Of a DNA stretch of 64,000 nt, positions 39,988 through 49,939 are shown in pieces (positions within the stretch are counted from its first letter, which is position 1; every line of letters starts with the position of its first letter). This DNA comes from Oligoflexia bacterium (GTDB taxonomy: Bacteria; Bdellovibrionota; UBA1018). Below the pieces are notes generated by a model that was not told the DNA's origin, ran no database searches, and saw nothing but the letters and a program-made list of their open reading frames with translations. The translations under genes and the position numbers were made by a program. The DNA lies in contig CAITVN010000089.1 in assembly GCA_903895855.1 (NCBI GenBank), forward strand, positions 12,757 through 76,756, given 5' to 3'.

Positions 39988-40446
39988 ATGAATAAGAATC
40001 GATTAAATTTTTGTGCGTTGATTGGGTTAGTGGTTGGTTTAGGTCTCTCAACCCAGAATGATGCGCGCGCGGGATTTGAATTGGGTGCCTTTGCAGGCGC
40101 TAAAACTGCTGCTTCAACGACTCACTTTCTCTTGGGCTTAGATGCTGAACTTCCGATTATGCCCTTCATTGGTGCCGCTGCATTTTTCGAGCAATCGCTT
40201 TCTACTCCGGCTGCCACTTCTTTCGGTGGCGGTATTGCGATTCATCCGATTCCGCTCATGGGGCTTCGGTTAGTGGGACAGGGTGGACTAGAAATGGTCA
40301 GCAGTACATCAGAATTTTTCTTTCGCGTGGGTGCTGGTTACAATATCGGCGTTGGCCCAGTGATGGTTCAGCCAGTGTTTAATCTCGATTTTGTTTCGGG
40401 TTCAACTGCAATGGTTTACGGTGTCACGGTCGGGATCGCGTTGTAG
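39988..40446 (+). CDS. Small Gly-rich outer-membrane beta-barrel-like protein
   Basis: Signal peptide, alternating hydrophobic residues, and a C-terminus of IAL. Confidence 0.45.
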   Translation: MNKNRLNFCALIGLVVGLGLSTQNDARAGFELGAFAGAKTAASTTHFLLGLDAELPIMPFIGAAAFFEQSLSTPAATSFGGGIAIHPIPLMGLRLVGQGGLEMVSSTSEFFFRVGAGYNIGVGPVMVQPVFNLDFVSGSTAMVYGVTVGIAL

Positions 40447-40623
40447 GTGAGTCTCGCTCTCGGTTGTGGCTTCTCTGGGACATCGAAAGCGTTGATGGTG
40501 AAAACGGTTCCAAGCACTCAATTTACGTTTCATGACCACTTGTGACTATTTGGTAGTTACGGGTCAGAGCCGGTCATTCGGGCTAGCTAGCTGAAAAGGT
40601 GCCCTCAGGGTAGGGTTTAAAAC

Positions 40624-41874
40624 ATGCCAAAATCAGACATTGACGGTCTGATTTTGGCATGTTTTAATTATTATCATATGCCGCATTCGAGGTTGAGATT
40701 TGGAATAACGGAATTAAAAAAGAAGCTTAATTTTTCACCCGTGGTGACCCTTCAAGGGCCGCGGCAGTGTGGAAAAAGTTTCTTTGCGCGTGAAATCTTG
40801 GCTTCGGATTTGGGGCCCTCGTATCGCTATGTCACGCTAGATACGAAGCAAAATCGGCAATTGGCTCAAAATAACCCCTCGGTTTTTCTCGCTGAATTTG
40901 CCAGCGACAATTGTCTAGCGGTCGATGAAGCTCAAAAGGCTCCAGATCTCTTTGATGAAATCAAGGCAAAGGTAGACGTTCAAAAACGTCGTGGTCAGTT
41001 TCTACTTCTGGGGTCAACCGAGTTTTCACGTGAGGTGATGGTTCGAGAATCACTCACAGGTAGGGTGAGTCGGCAGCGACTGTTTCCTTTGACTTTAGCT
41101 GAGGCCCATTCGCTCGAGCCCAGTTTGAATCAAAAAAAGAGCATTAATTTGCATGTTTCGCCCCGCCTGAAACGAGACGATTTGGTCGCAAGCCTAAGGC
41201 GCGGCGGAATGCCCGGAATTTTTGCGTTGCGTTCGCAAGCTGAGCGCGATCAAAAATTGCAAGAATGGATAGAAGTGACCGCCTACCGCGATTTGCTGCA
41301 ATTCAAAGGGGCCGCGAGACCAGATCCCGAGCTGGCGCTCTTAATACTTGAAGCCATCGCCACGCTTGAGTTTCCAGATGTGAGTTCGATCAGGGCTTTG
41401 GTCAAAACTGACTTGCGGCGAGTGAAAACCCACTTGAATTTGCTTGAACAACTTTTCGCAATTCAAAAAATTAGGCCCGCCAAAGAGAGTACCGGTAAAG
41501 ATCTCTACCTTCTTTGTGATTCGGGCCTGGCCTCTCGATTAGGGGCTTCGTTTGAGCGACTTTTATACACACAGCTTGTTTTAGAAGTCATGGCCCATAT
41601 TCACTATTCGGGGCAATCCCCGCTGGATACGAAGGTGAGTTATTACCGCGCTCAAAAAGGAGCGTTTGTTCACTTGATTGTAGAAAGTCGAGAAACCGTC
41701 AAGGCCCTGGTTATTTTGAGCGAAGAACGCTGGGATCAGAGAAATCTCAGGGCGTTTAGCGGAGTGACTAAGTTTTTCGATTCCAAAAAGCTCGAAACCA
41801 TTTGCTTGTACGGAGGGAATGAAAAACTACAGGTAGAAAAAACGACATTTTACCCATGGGAGTCTATGGCGTAG
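40624..41874 (+). CDS. AAA-family ATPase (AAA_14 + DUF4143-type)
   Basis: Walker A GPRQCGKS and Walker B-like LLLLGSTE. About 415 aa. Confidence 0.65.
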   Translation: MPKSDIDGLILACFNYYHMPHSRLRFGITELKKKLNFSPVVTLQGPRQCGKSFFAREILASDLGPSYRYVTLDTKQNRQLAQNNPSVFLAEFASDNCLAVDEAQKAPDLFDEIKAKVDVQKRRGQFLLLGSTEFSREVMVRESLTGRVSRQRLFPLTLAEAHSLEPSLNQKKSINLHVSPRLKRDDLVASLRRGGMPGIFALRSQAERDQKLQEWIEVTAYRDLLQFKGAARPDPELALLILEAIATLEFPDVSSIRALVKTDLRRVKTHLNLLEQLFAIQKIRPAKESTGKDLYLLCDSGLASRLGASFERLLYTQLVLEVMAHIHYSGQSPLDTKVSYYRAQKGAFVHLIVESRETVKALVILSEERWDQRNLRAFSGVTKFFDSKKLETICLYGGNEKLQVEKTTFYPWESMA

Positions 41875-41880
41875 GTCTTT

Positions 41881-42628
41881 TTAAAGTTTAAACCCAGCCG
41901 CCTCTGAGTCAGCCTTAAACATACGCACAGTTTCAAGCGTTAACTGCCACGGGTCTTTGCTAAAGCCTGAGACTTTCTTAATCACATCGCCCGGTGCGGT
42001 GATGATCGCGCAGCCTGCTTGCTCGGCCTGAATGACGTTGTACGCTTCGCGAGTCGAGGCCCAGAGGCATTCGACTTGATCGCCAGCGACTCGGCAAGCT
42101 TCTGATGCCGCAGTCATGAGACCCATCGGGTCACGGCCCACATCAGCAATTCGCCCAGCGAAAACTGACACGATTGAGGGAGCTCCGCCTTTAATGGCTT
42201 CACAGACTTTCACCACTTCGGTGATTGTAAAAAGTGCAGTCACATTGAGTTTGACGCCAGCGTGAGAAAGTTCGCGAATCAGATCGATGGTGAGAGCCCC
42301 TTGCGTGTTACAGATGGGTATCTTGACATAAACGTTTTTGCCCCAATCTTTAATGAGTAGAGCCTGGCGCTTCATTTCGCCAATGTCGTCTGCGAATACC
42401 TCGAAAGAAATCGGCATATCAGGAATCTCTTTCAAGAGGTCGCGGCAATAGGCTTCATACTGAACGACTCCGGCTTTGCGCATCAATGACGGATTAGTGG
42501 TAAACCCCGATACCTTCTTTTCTTTGTAGAACTGCAGCATCGACTGTCGGTCGGCTCCATCTAGGTACAGCTTTATTTGCTTTTGAAACGTTGTAGTCCA
42601 ATAGGGTTGATTTGGGGTGTTATTCATG
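41881..42628 (-). CDS. Transaldolase / fructose-6-phosphate aldolase family (TalC/MipB-like, ~249 aa)
   Basis: FTTNPSL motif and the overall transaldolase fold. The start is taken at MITSMNN. The ORF-table N-terminal extension (to 43104) is rejected. Confidence 0.75.
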
Positions 42629-42820
42629 GATGTGATCATAGTGAAATTCGGCAAAAACGGTAATAAAAAAGTTGCAGGCGGTGAGAAACCTAGGCTGGCA
42701 AGGTGCCCTGTTCTTGCGAGTTCGCTTGATTTATGGTCTGGTGCCTGGAATTGGGGAAACGGTGGGTAATTCATGGTTCGATCGAGAGTTGAAAATCGAT
42801 TTGGGTGCGCTTTTGTGCTG

Positions 42821-43738
42821 ATGAGGCACCGAGCAAATGTGGCGGGTGGCCTTGCCCGTAGTGCGGGTGGCCTTGCGCGCAGCGTGGCTCTTTGCCTTGC
42901 GCTGGGGATGTTTCCCCTTTCGGGGTGTGGAGTGAGCTCGTCAGAGGTAGATTCGACTACGGCGAGTTCTACGGTTTCAACCTGCAATGTGCTGGATGAC
43001 CAAAAAGAAAGTTTCTTGGTTCCGGTCGACCCTAAGAGCCCACTCACCGTGCGCATCGATTCAAAATTTTCTCGAGAAGAACAGAGTAAGATTACCAATG
43101 CCATTCAAACTTGGAATTCATTTTCTCAAAAAATGAACTCAACGAAGGTATTCTTAGCTGAAGTTGTTGAGTTAGATACCTCTGATGCGCCTCAATCTGA
43201 TGGCGATTGTGATTTTTCGGGTGGCAATTCTAATGTTCTGACCATCATTAAACAAAACTCTGCGGTAAGGTGGGATGCCTACAAGTTAGATTCTTCTAAC
43301 CCAGCCGTGACCATTCGGTGTCAATCAGGTGAAGACCTTTTGAAACAAGCGATTTTGATCAATACGCGATTCGTGAAGCCGGTTCAGCTACAATCGATCG
43401 CTTTGCATGAGCTCGGCCACAGTCTGGGGCTTGATCACTCGTGCACCGGCGCTGTCACTAAAACTCGCTCCCAACCGGCTGTGAGCGACGGTTCTGCACT
43501 TGAGCGTGAGAATTCAGCTCAGTTGTTGGGCCAGCTTTCAGCCAGTTCTCGTTTTGCCAGTTGTTCGAACGTAACTGTTGGACACCCTTATCGTGACGCT
43601 GTGATGTTTCCGGTATTGTCGTTGCCGTCGAAACTATCTGAGACACCCGAGACCAAAGAGAGCCTGCGTTCAAATGATGAAATGAGAGCAGGCTGTATTT
43701 ACCACTTTGGATTGAAACTAAGAACGGAGATGCGCTAG
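42821..43738 (+). CDS. Metzincin-type zinc metalloprotease lipoprotein (HExxHxxGxxH)
   Basis: HELGHSLGLDH motif and a lipobox (PLSGC). A 21-bp in-frame repeat encodes AGGLARS x2. The start is taken at MRHRAN. Confidence 0.6.
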   Translation: MRHRANVAGGLARSAGGLARSVALCLALGMFPLSGCGVSSSEVDSTTASSTVSTCNVLDDQKESFLVPVDPKSPLTVRIDSKFSREEQSKITNAIQTWNSFSQKMNSTKVFLAEVVELDTSDAPQSDGDCDFSGGNSNVLTIIKQNSAVRWDAYKLDSSNPAVTIRCQSGEDLLKQAILINTRFVKPVQLQSIALHELGHSLGLDHSCTGAVTKTRSQPAVSDGSALERENSAQLLGQLSASSRFASCSNVTVGHPYRDAVMFPVLSLPSKLSETPETKESLRSNDEMRAGCIYHFGLKLRTEMR

Positions 43739-44379
43739 TGATTTTGATTGCCTGGGGAGCTGCACTCGTCGGATTCATTCACACACTTTCGCCAGGGCAT
43801 TGGTTGCCAATCGTTATGCTGGCAAAGGCCAAGAAGTGGTCATTGAAGAAATCACTTTTTGGAGCACTCATTGCCGCTAGCGGGCACATTGCCGTAGCAA
43901 CCGCATTAGCGATTGCGACGGCCTTTATTGGCGCTCAGTTCTTTGAAGCTAACCATCTCAAAATTGAACAGATCTCGGGTGTCGTCGTGATTATTGTGGG
44001 GCTTGCCTACGCTTGGTATTCACGTTCTCGTCACTCGCATTGTCATGGGCATGGTCACCATGGTCCTGAGATTGAATCGAAAAAAGAAATTCCTTATGGG
44101 TTTTTATTTACGATGAGTTTAGCGCCTTGTGTCTCGGTGCTTCCGGTGTTTTTTGCTGCATCAGCCGTGAGCCAGATCTCTGTGGTTTTTTCGATGATTG
44201 CTTATGCAGCGGGCGTGATCTCAGCTCTATTTTTAGCAACTATTCTCGTTTCGCGGGGGCTTTCTTGGTTAGATCACCCGATCTTAGAGCATCAAGGTGA
44301 AGTCATCACGGGGTTGTTGGTGGCAGTGTTAGGTGTGCTCATTTTGATTTTACCCCACGCTCACACTCATTTGGATTAG
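43738..44379 (+). CDS. NicO/RcnA-like nickel/cobalt transporter-family membrane protein with a His-rich loop
   Basis: HTLSPGHWLP and SLAPC motifs parallel RcnA HALEPGH/GLIPCP. The loop reads SRSRHSHCHGHGHHG. Confidence 0.55.
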   Translation: MILIAWGAALVGFIHTLSPGHWLPIVMLAKAKKWSLKKSLFGALIAASGHIAVATALAIATAFIGAQFFEANHLKIEQISGVVVIIVGLAYAWYSRSRHSHCHGHGHHGPEIESKKEIPYGFLFTMSLAPCVSVLPVFFAASAVSQISVVFSMIAYAAGVISALFLATILVSRGLSWLDHPILEHQGEVITGLLVAVLGVLILILPHAHTHLD

Positions 44380-44409
44380 CGTTTCAAAGATTTTTGTTAG
44401 GAGTTAACT

Positions 44410-45018
44410 ATGGTGAATTTGAGTTTATTGCTTTTTTCTTTTGTGATCGGACTCGTTCATGCCGCTCAGCCTGATCATTGGGTGCCGCTGTCAGTAGTGA
44501 ACTGGCAAAAAGGTCTAGATTTCAGAAATCGTGTACAAAGAATCACCATGGGTACTTTATTTCACCTTGGATTTGCTTTTGTCATTTATTACTTTTTTCA
44601 AAAATTTTTAGAGCCGAGACTGCATGAGGGGGTTTTTGGATTTTCAATCGGAGTGATTTTTCTTTTTTCGGTTGTCAGAGTTTTTCGGTTTCGTGCACTC
44701 AATCAAGTGATAAGATCTGGAAAACATTCGAGCTGGGGAATTTTGGCTGCGTTTTCAATTCTGGGACCAGCTGAATCGCTAGTTCCTCTGTTGCTTAAGG
44801 CCAACATCTTGGGGGCATCGGCGCCATTGGCTGCGGCAATGGTTTGTCTGTATGGCCTGGGTACTGCTCTTACCTTGACCTATTTTGTTTCGGTTTCACA
44901 AAAACTATGGGAGCGTCCATGGGGGCTCATCAATGGCATTGAACGTTCAAGAAGAACGATGCGTTTGGTGCCGGTGGGAATGTTGGGAGCTTTGGTTTTA
45001 TTTTTGGTAAAGATTTGA
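44410..45018 (+). CDS. NicO-like paralogous membrane protein
   Basis: HAAQPDHWVP mirrors the N-terminal motif of the upstream gene. Size and topology are similar, and it lacks the His-rich loop. Confidence 0.45.
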   Translation: MVNLSLLLFSFVIGLVHAAQPDHWVPLSVVNWQKGLDFRNRVQRITMGTLFHLGFAFVIYYFFQKFLEPRLHEGVFGFSIGVIFLFSVVRVFRFRALNQVIRSGKHSSWGILAAFSILGPAESLVPLLLKANILGASAPLAAAMVCLYGLGTALTLTYFVSVSQKLWERPWGLINGIERSRRTMRLVPVGMLGALVLFLVKI

Positions 45019-45039
45019 GTGCATTGAACAGAGTGATCG

Positions 45040-45918
45040 GTGAGGGTAACAGCAGTGTTGCAGGGTAAACAAACGGTGAAATTAGTGGTTGTCTCACTGA
45101 TGATCGGTTTCAGTCACGCGGTGTGGGCGGCTCCTTGTGGGGTTCCTGATTTTGTTGACCCAGGCGCTGTGGCTCTTGATGACAAGAGCGTACTCATAGT
45201 GACTCATCCGTCGACTCAATGGGATGGCCGTTTCGCCTCAAAACTAGGCATGGATGCTGCCGTCAGCGTTGCCAAGAAAAATGAAGTGCCGGTGATTTAT
45301 CTTCAAGACGACAATGTCTTAGTTACCTCTCAATCCTATTTTTTCAGTGATTGTCATCCGACGTATTGGGTGCAATCAGGCGGTGGCGAGTTTTCTTTCA
45401 AGGTTTCTAGTACTCACGTGTATTCGGTGGGTGGCCATTGGGAAATGTGTCAGAAAAATACGATGTCGAATCTGGTTAATGCTTGGAGTACCGAGCCTGT
45501 TGTTTCGAGAACGATTACCCAAGTGCTTGATGGGCTCTATTCTTACCCCAGTGACTACATGACGGCGCAAGATCCCTATTACGATGCGCTTCAGAATTTT
45601 TTGAAAGTGATCACCTATGGTCGGCCAGATACTTGGCCTTTTCCGAAGACCAATTTATTAGAAAATCTCGGTATTATCAGCGCAGCAGCGAAAGAAAAAA
45701 ATCTGGATTCGCTCAAGCTTCAAGTCGAGTATTTGAAGCGAAACCTACCACCTTTTGAAAGACTGAGTGATCACTATGAGGTGCGACTGAAATTGAACGC
45801 CGATTACCAAGAAGTCGTTCGGCCATCACTTCAAACAGATAATCCACCCGTGCTGACGCTTGAGTTTGTTGATAGTCAGTACGAGTCGGGTACGCCAATT
45901 TCGGTAGATGAAAAATAG
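45040..45918 (+). CDS. Secreted hypothetical protein
   Basis: Signal peptide. No recognised domain. Confidence 0.4.
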   Translation: MRVTAVLQGKQTVKLVVVSLMIGFSHAVWAAPCGVPDFVDPGAVALDDKSVLIVTHPSTQWDGRFASKLGMDAAVSVAKKNEVPVIYLQDDNVLVTSQSYFFSDCHPTYWVQSGGGEFSFKVSSTHVYSVGGHWEMCQKNTMSNLVNAWSTEPVVSRTITQVLDGLYSYPSDYMTAQDPYYDALQNFLKVITYGRPDTWPFPKTNLLENLGIISAAAKEKNLDSLKLQVEYLKRNLPPFERLSDHYEVRLKLNADYQEVVRPSLQTDNPPVLTLEFVDSQYESGTPISVDEK

Positions 45919-45957
45919 TGAGTGTTAAAATTTTTAATAGAGAAGGTGAAAATCGGT

Positions 45958-46281
45958 ATGCCTATTTACGAATACGAATGTGAGAGTTGTCAAAAGGTGC
46001 ATGAGATTACCCAGAAATTCGCCGACGCGCCGCTGACCCAGTGCCCAGATTGCAATAGCAGTGTTCGAAAGCTCATTAGCCGCAGCTCATTTGCTTTAAA
46101 AGGTAGTGGTTGGTACACGACTGATTACAAGCGAGCACCTCAGCCGGTAGCTGCGGGTTCGAAGAGCGCAGAGTCTGTTGCGGCGGCGGCACCAGAACCG
46201 AGCGCAGCTGTTGCAAAAAGCGAAGCCTCAAAAGGTGAGGCTCCAAAAGTCAGTAGTGAGAAGCCAGCCCCCACACCGTGA
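45958..46281 (+). CDS. FmdB-family zinc-ribbon protein
   Basis: MPIYEYECESCQ...CPDC CxxC pairs. The start is taken at MPIYEY. Confidence 0.7.
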   Translation: MPIYEYECESCQKVHEITQKFADAPLTQCPDCNSSVRKLISRSSFALKGSGWYTTDYKRAPQPVAAGSKSAESVAAAAPEPSAAVAKSEASKGEAPKVSSEKPAPTP

Positions 46282-47288
46282 ACGCCAAATTAAGCGACCT
46301 AAAAACTATTGAAACGGCGGTGACAAAACTCATGGGGTGTCAATACCCCATCATCGCGGGCCCGATGTTTTTGATTAGCGACCCGAATTTGGTGGTTGCT
46401 GTTTCAGAGGCCGGCGGTATCGGCGCGATGCCCTCATTGAATTGGCGAACCGCCGAAGAATTTCGAAAAGCGATTCGAGAAGTGAAGGCGAAAACCAAAA
46501 AGCCTTTTGCGATCAATTTAATTGTTAATCAAGCTAACCCTCGGTTGAAAACCGATCTCGATATTTGTGTAGAAGAAAAAGTTCCGCTGGTCATCACTTC
46601 GCTAGGCAATCCTAAAGAAACGATCGCTCAGATGCATGCCATCGGGTCAAAAGTTTTTTGTGATGTCACGAATCTCGCTTACGCGAAAAAAGTTGAGTCA
46701 CTGGGGGCCGATGCCGTGATCGCGGTCTCGAGCGGAGCCGGAGGGCACGCCGGCCCAACTTCGGCGTTGGTTCTCATTCCCTACTTGAAACGAAATTTGA
46801 GTATTCCAATCATTGCTGCTGGTGGCGTTTCTATCGGAGCCCAAATTGCGGCGCTTCGGCTCTTAGGGGCCGAAGGGGTGCAGGTGGGTACTCGATTTAT
46901 TGCGTGCACAGAGGCAAAAGTGGATGAGGCCTACAAACAAGCGATCATTCACTCAGAGCCCGAAGACATCATGCTCACTAAGAAAATCAGTGGCACTCCC
47001 GTTTCAGTGATTAAGACTCCGTACACCGAAAAAATGGGTTTTGAAATCAGCAAGATTGAAGCCTATTTGTTGAAAAATTCTCGTACTAAAAAAGCGATGA
47101 AAATGGCTCGCACTTACCTCGGGTCTCTTGCTCTAAAAAAGTCAATCCTCGGGCCAACATTCAAAGAAGTGTGGAGTGCGGGCGAGGGCGTCGGGCTGAT
47201 TCAAAGCGTTGAGCCAGCGGCGGTCATTATTGAGACTTTGGTGAAAGAGTATTTGGCTATCGGTAATTCCAGACTGCATGAAAAATAA
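46278..47288 (+). CDS. Nitronate monooxygenase (NMO/FabK-like FMN TIM barrel)
   Basis: YPIIAGPM motif and NMO-family glycine-rich stretches. Confidence 0.75.
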   Translation: MNAKLSDLKTIETAVTKLMGCQYPIIAGPMFLISDPNLVVAVSEAGGIGAMPSLNWRTAEEFRKAIREVKAKTKKPFAINLIVNQANPRLKTDLDICVEEKVPLVITSLGNPKETIAQMHAIGSKVFCDVTNLAYAKKVESLGADAVIAVSSGAGGHAGPTSALVLIPYLKRNLSIPIIAAGGVSIGAQIAALRLLGAEGVQVGTRFIACTEAKVDEAYKQAIIHSEPEDIMLTKKISGTPVSVIKTPYTEKMGFEISKIEAYLLKNSRTKKAMKMARTYLGSLALKKSILGPTFKEVWSAGEGVGLIQSVEPAAVIIETLVKEYLAIGNSRLHEK

Positions 47289-47952
47289 TGGCTGGCCAAA
47301 GGCTTGAGCTCACTTGAACCAAGTAACCAAAAAACAGGCCATAGATCACCGCAGCGGTAGCTAATGGTAGAGAGGTTAGGTCTGATGCTGAACTCAGGTG
47401 TGCTACACCGAAAATCAGTGAAGACAAAACTAAGCCGATGTTTCGACCCAAGAGTAATTCGAGTCTCGGCATGATGAGTCCTCGAAATAAGAACTCTTCT
47501 TTGAACGCGACAAAGATCAAAATGAAAGCGAATTCTAAAAATCGAGTACCGATGTTTCGCCAGTCAGAGTCAAAGAAAATAGCAGCGATCGGAATCAACG
47601 TAGTCATCGAAATCCAAGGCGCACCCCAGCCCAGCAGTACTCGGGGCCCAACGTGGCGAAACTTGAACGCGAATGCGAAGCTACTCAATAGTAAAACACT
47701 CGATATAGTGCCCTCACTGAGCTCGCCGAGCCCATTTCTTAAGGCCCAGTCAAAACCGGTGATCGCAAACAAAATCACGAGTGGGATCAGTTGGCTTCGA
47801 GAAGTTGTCGACGATTCTTTCGGCTGTTGGTGTATGGGCAGATTTCGAAAATGTCCAAAGGCCAGAAAAATAAAAAGCCAATAGAGACTCATACTCATGA
47901 ACTTCGTAAAGTGAGTCACATTATTTCTGATGAGTTCGTAGGTCTCGCTCAT
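47257..47952 (-). CDS. CPBP family intramembrane metalloprotease (CAAX protease / Abi)
   Basis: EEFLFRG, FGVAHL and HAVWN motifs. Confidence 0.75.
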   Translation of the reverse strand: MSETYELIRNNVTHFTKFMSMSLYWLFIFLAFGHFRNLPIHQQPKESSTTSRSQLIPLVILFAITGFDWALRNGLGELSEGTISSVLLLSSFAFAFKFRHVGPRVLLGWGAPWISMTTLIPIAAIFFDSDWRNIGTRFLEFAFILIFVAFKEEFLFRGLIMPRLELLLGRNIGLVLSSLIFGVAHLSSASDLTSLPLATAAVIYGLFFGYLVQVSSSLWPAIIFHAVWNYR

Positions 47953-48028
47953 AGAGTGATCGCGACCTTTCTGTTTAGCGGGGTTTTACCCGGGGTTCGC
48001 CTTAGCCGTCAGCGCCGCTCAGGCGCGC

Positions 48029-49669
48029 TTACTGAAGGTTCGGGCTCAATACAAACTGAGGCAGCCCTGCGGTTGACGGGGCAGGTATCACGGTGGTCGA
48101 CCGAATGGTCTTCACTTTTTGCATCTGCTTAGCGAGGGCGTCCCAGAAAACAACTTTCGTATCAAATGGGTTTCCGGCTAGCATAGCCATCGCCTCAGAA
48201 ATTCCATGAAGCGCCCGGCCTAACCCCTCAGAAAAGGCGAGAGAATAGAACTGAGTTTTCTTTATCGATTTTCCGCGAATGCGAATGTTCTTAACCACTT
48301 TTTTGTCACCAACCACTACGGTATCGAATTCAAGCCCTCTGGATAGAAAAGGAATGCCGTCTTTTAGGGCCTTATCGAGAAATAATTTCAGCCGATACCC
48401 TGGAATGTAGGTTTTCCAAATGGTCCAGCCGGGTACTTTTCTTTCAACATCAAATGTTCGCGGGTAAAGGTCTAAAAGGTCATAGCGAGTGATCGGGCCC
48501 GCGTGATTCACTTCGCCGTGAAATAGAGGTGAGTCAAAAATCAGGTCAGCTTTAGTTTCAGCTTCGATGGTATCGTGCATGAGTTGGTTGAGCGGTGCTT
48601 GCACATCTTCAGAGGGGATTAGGGGAACCTCTGAATTTCCGATGACTTCATCTAACCACTTGCCGCCAAATCGGTCATAGACCATATTTTTAATGCGGTG
48701 AACTGAGTCGAGAATGCCGCAGTCTTCGATGATCAGGTCGTTCACTTCGATCAGTTTGTAATGATCGATGCTTAGCCGGCCTTCGGTGACATCAATCAAG
48801 AGATCGCCGACGTACTGACCATGAGACCCGGTCTGTACGATCGAAACGGGTTTACCTGACGGAGAGTTCTCAATAATCGGAGCAAAAAACTGTTCATGAG
48901 AGTGTCCGCCGACAATGAGGTCGATGCCATCGACTGACTTGGCGAGTTCACGGTCGACATCGCTGCCAATGTGAGTGAGTGCGATCACGAAGTCAGCTTG
49001 TTTTCTAATCTCAGGAAGCCAAATTTTGGCTTCTTCGACCATCGGATTAATTGTCGCGCTGTCGGCGCGCCAAGAGTACATGTATTCGTCAGTGGTCAAT
49101 CCAAAAACAGCGATTTTTTTGCCAGCTTTTTCAAAAATGAAGTAGGGGCGAACCATGCCCTTTACCCAATCTCTTGTGGACGACGGGTAGTAGTTGGCAG
49201 CTAAGATAGGAAATCCGAGTGGCACTTCTTTTAAAATTTCGTCCATTCGCTTTGAGCCCATTAGCCAATCGTGATTTCCGAGGGCTGAAGCGTCGTAGCC
49301 CATCTCATTCATGATTTTGAAACTTTCGGCACCGTTATTGGCGAAATAAAACGGGCTACCTTCGCTCCAGTCGCCGGCATCAAGAATGAGTGTGTCAACG
49401 TTACTGTCTTTGGCTCGATTTCGCAGGCCATCCATTAGCGTTTTGACTCGCGCGTAGCCACCCAGTTTTGGGTTTTCAGAGTGATCCATGAATGAGTGCA
49501 GATCGTTCGTGTGAATGATCTGAATGGGGGCGGCTTGTGCGGTTGCCGCGAATGCGAGGGTTAGGGCAAAAACCGCTAATGAGGTCGACCGGATAAACCC
49601 AGTCTTTTTTAGTGAAAAAATAGTTAATGAGTCGTTGTTGTTTAAAAAAGCTGAACCCTGTGAAAACAC
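48029..49669 (-). CDS. Bifunctional metallophosphatase / 5'-nucleotidase (UshA-like), secreted
   Basis: HTNDLH, GNHDW and GGHSH calcineurin-like motifs. Signal peptide. Confidence 0.85.
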   Translation of the reverse strand: MFSQGSAFLNNNDSLTIFSLKKTGFIRSTSLAVFALTLAFAATAQAAPIQIIHTNDLHSFMDHSENPKLGGYARVKTLMDGLRNRAKDSNVDTLILDAGDWSEGSPFYFANNGAESFKIMNEMGYDASALGNHDWLMGSKRMDEILKEVPLGFPILAANYYPSSTRDWVKGMVRPYFIFEKAGKKIAVFGLTTDEYMYSWRADSATINPMVEEAKIWLPEIRKQADFVIALTHIGSDVDRELAKSVDGIDLIVGGHSHEQFFAPIIENSPSGKPVSIVQTGSHGQYVGDLLIDVTEGRLSIDHYKLIEVNDLIIEDCGILDSVHRIKNMVYDRFGGKWLDEVIGNSEVPLIPSEDVQAPLNQLMHDTIEAETKADLIFDSPLFHGEVNHAGPITRYDLLDLYPRTFDVERKVPGWTIWKTYIPGYRLKLFLDKALKDGIPFLSRGLEFDTVVVGDKKVVKNIRIRGKSIKKTQFYSLAFSEGLGRALHGISEAMAMLAGNPFDTKVVFWDALAKQMQKVKTIRSTTVIPAPSTAGLPQFVLSPNLQ

Positions 49670-49939
49670 CGAAAATCCCCCTACTTACCCTAATCTTAAG
49701 CACCGACAAAATACTGACACTGAGTTGACTGTAGGAGTCCAGATAGCTAGGTTTGAAGTAGAATTCCAGCAAATTTCATGAATTTGATTCGAATTGTTGC
49801 GAATTTCAGAAAATAGATAAAACCAGTCGGCTAGCGGGTAAAAATAGGGCAAAACGCCCGATACTCGCGTCCAAAAAGGACCTGTGAATGAAGAAAAATG
49901 GCGGGGCGGTAAAAACTGCCTCTTAAGTGACACGGTAAT

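Noticed and set aside
40624-41874. AAA ATPase (DUF4143) as a defence or mobile-element ATPase
   Set aside because: This family is widespread as a stand-alone chromosomal gene. No nuclease, methylase or partner genes flank it.
42629-43104. N-terminal 155-aa extension of the transaldolase ORF (ORF table 41881..43104)
   Set aside because: The extension is Pro/Arg-rich and unlike any transaldolase. It overlaps the well-supported divergent metzincin lipoprotein gene. The conserved transaldolase N-terminus begins at the internal Met (MITSMNN…).
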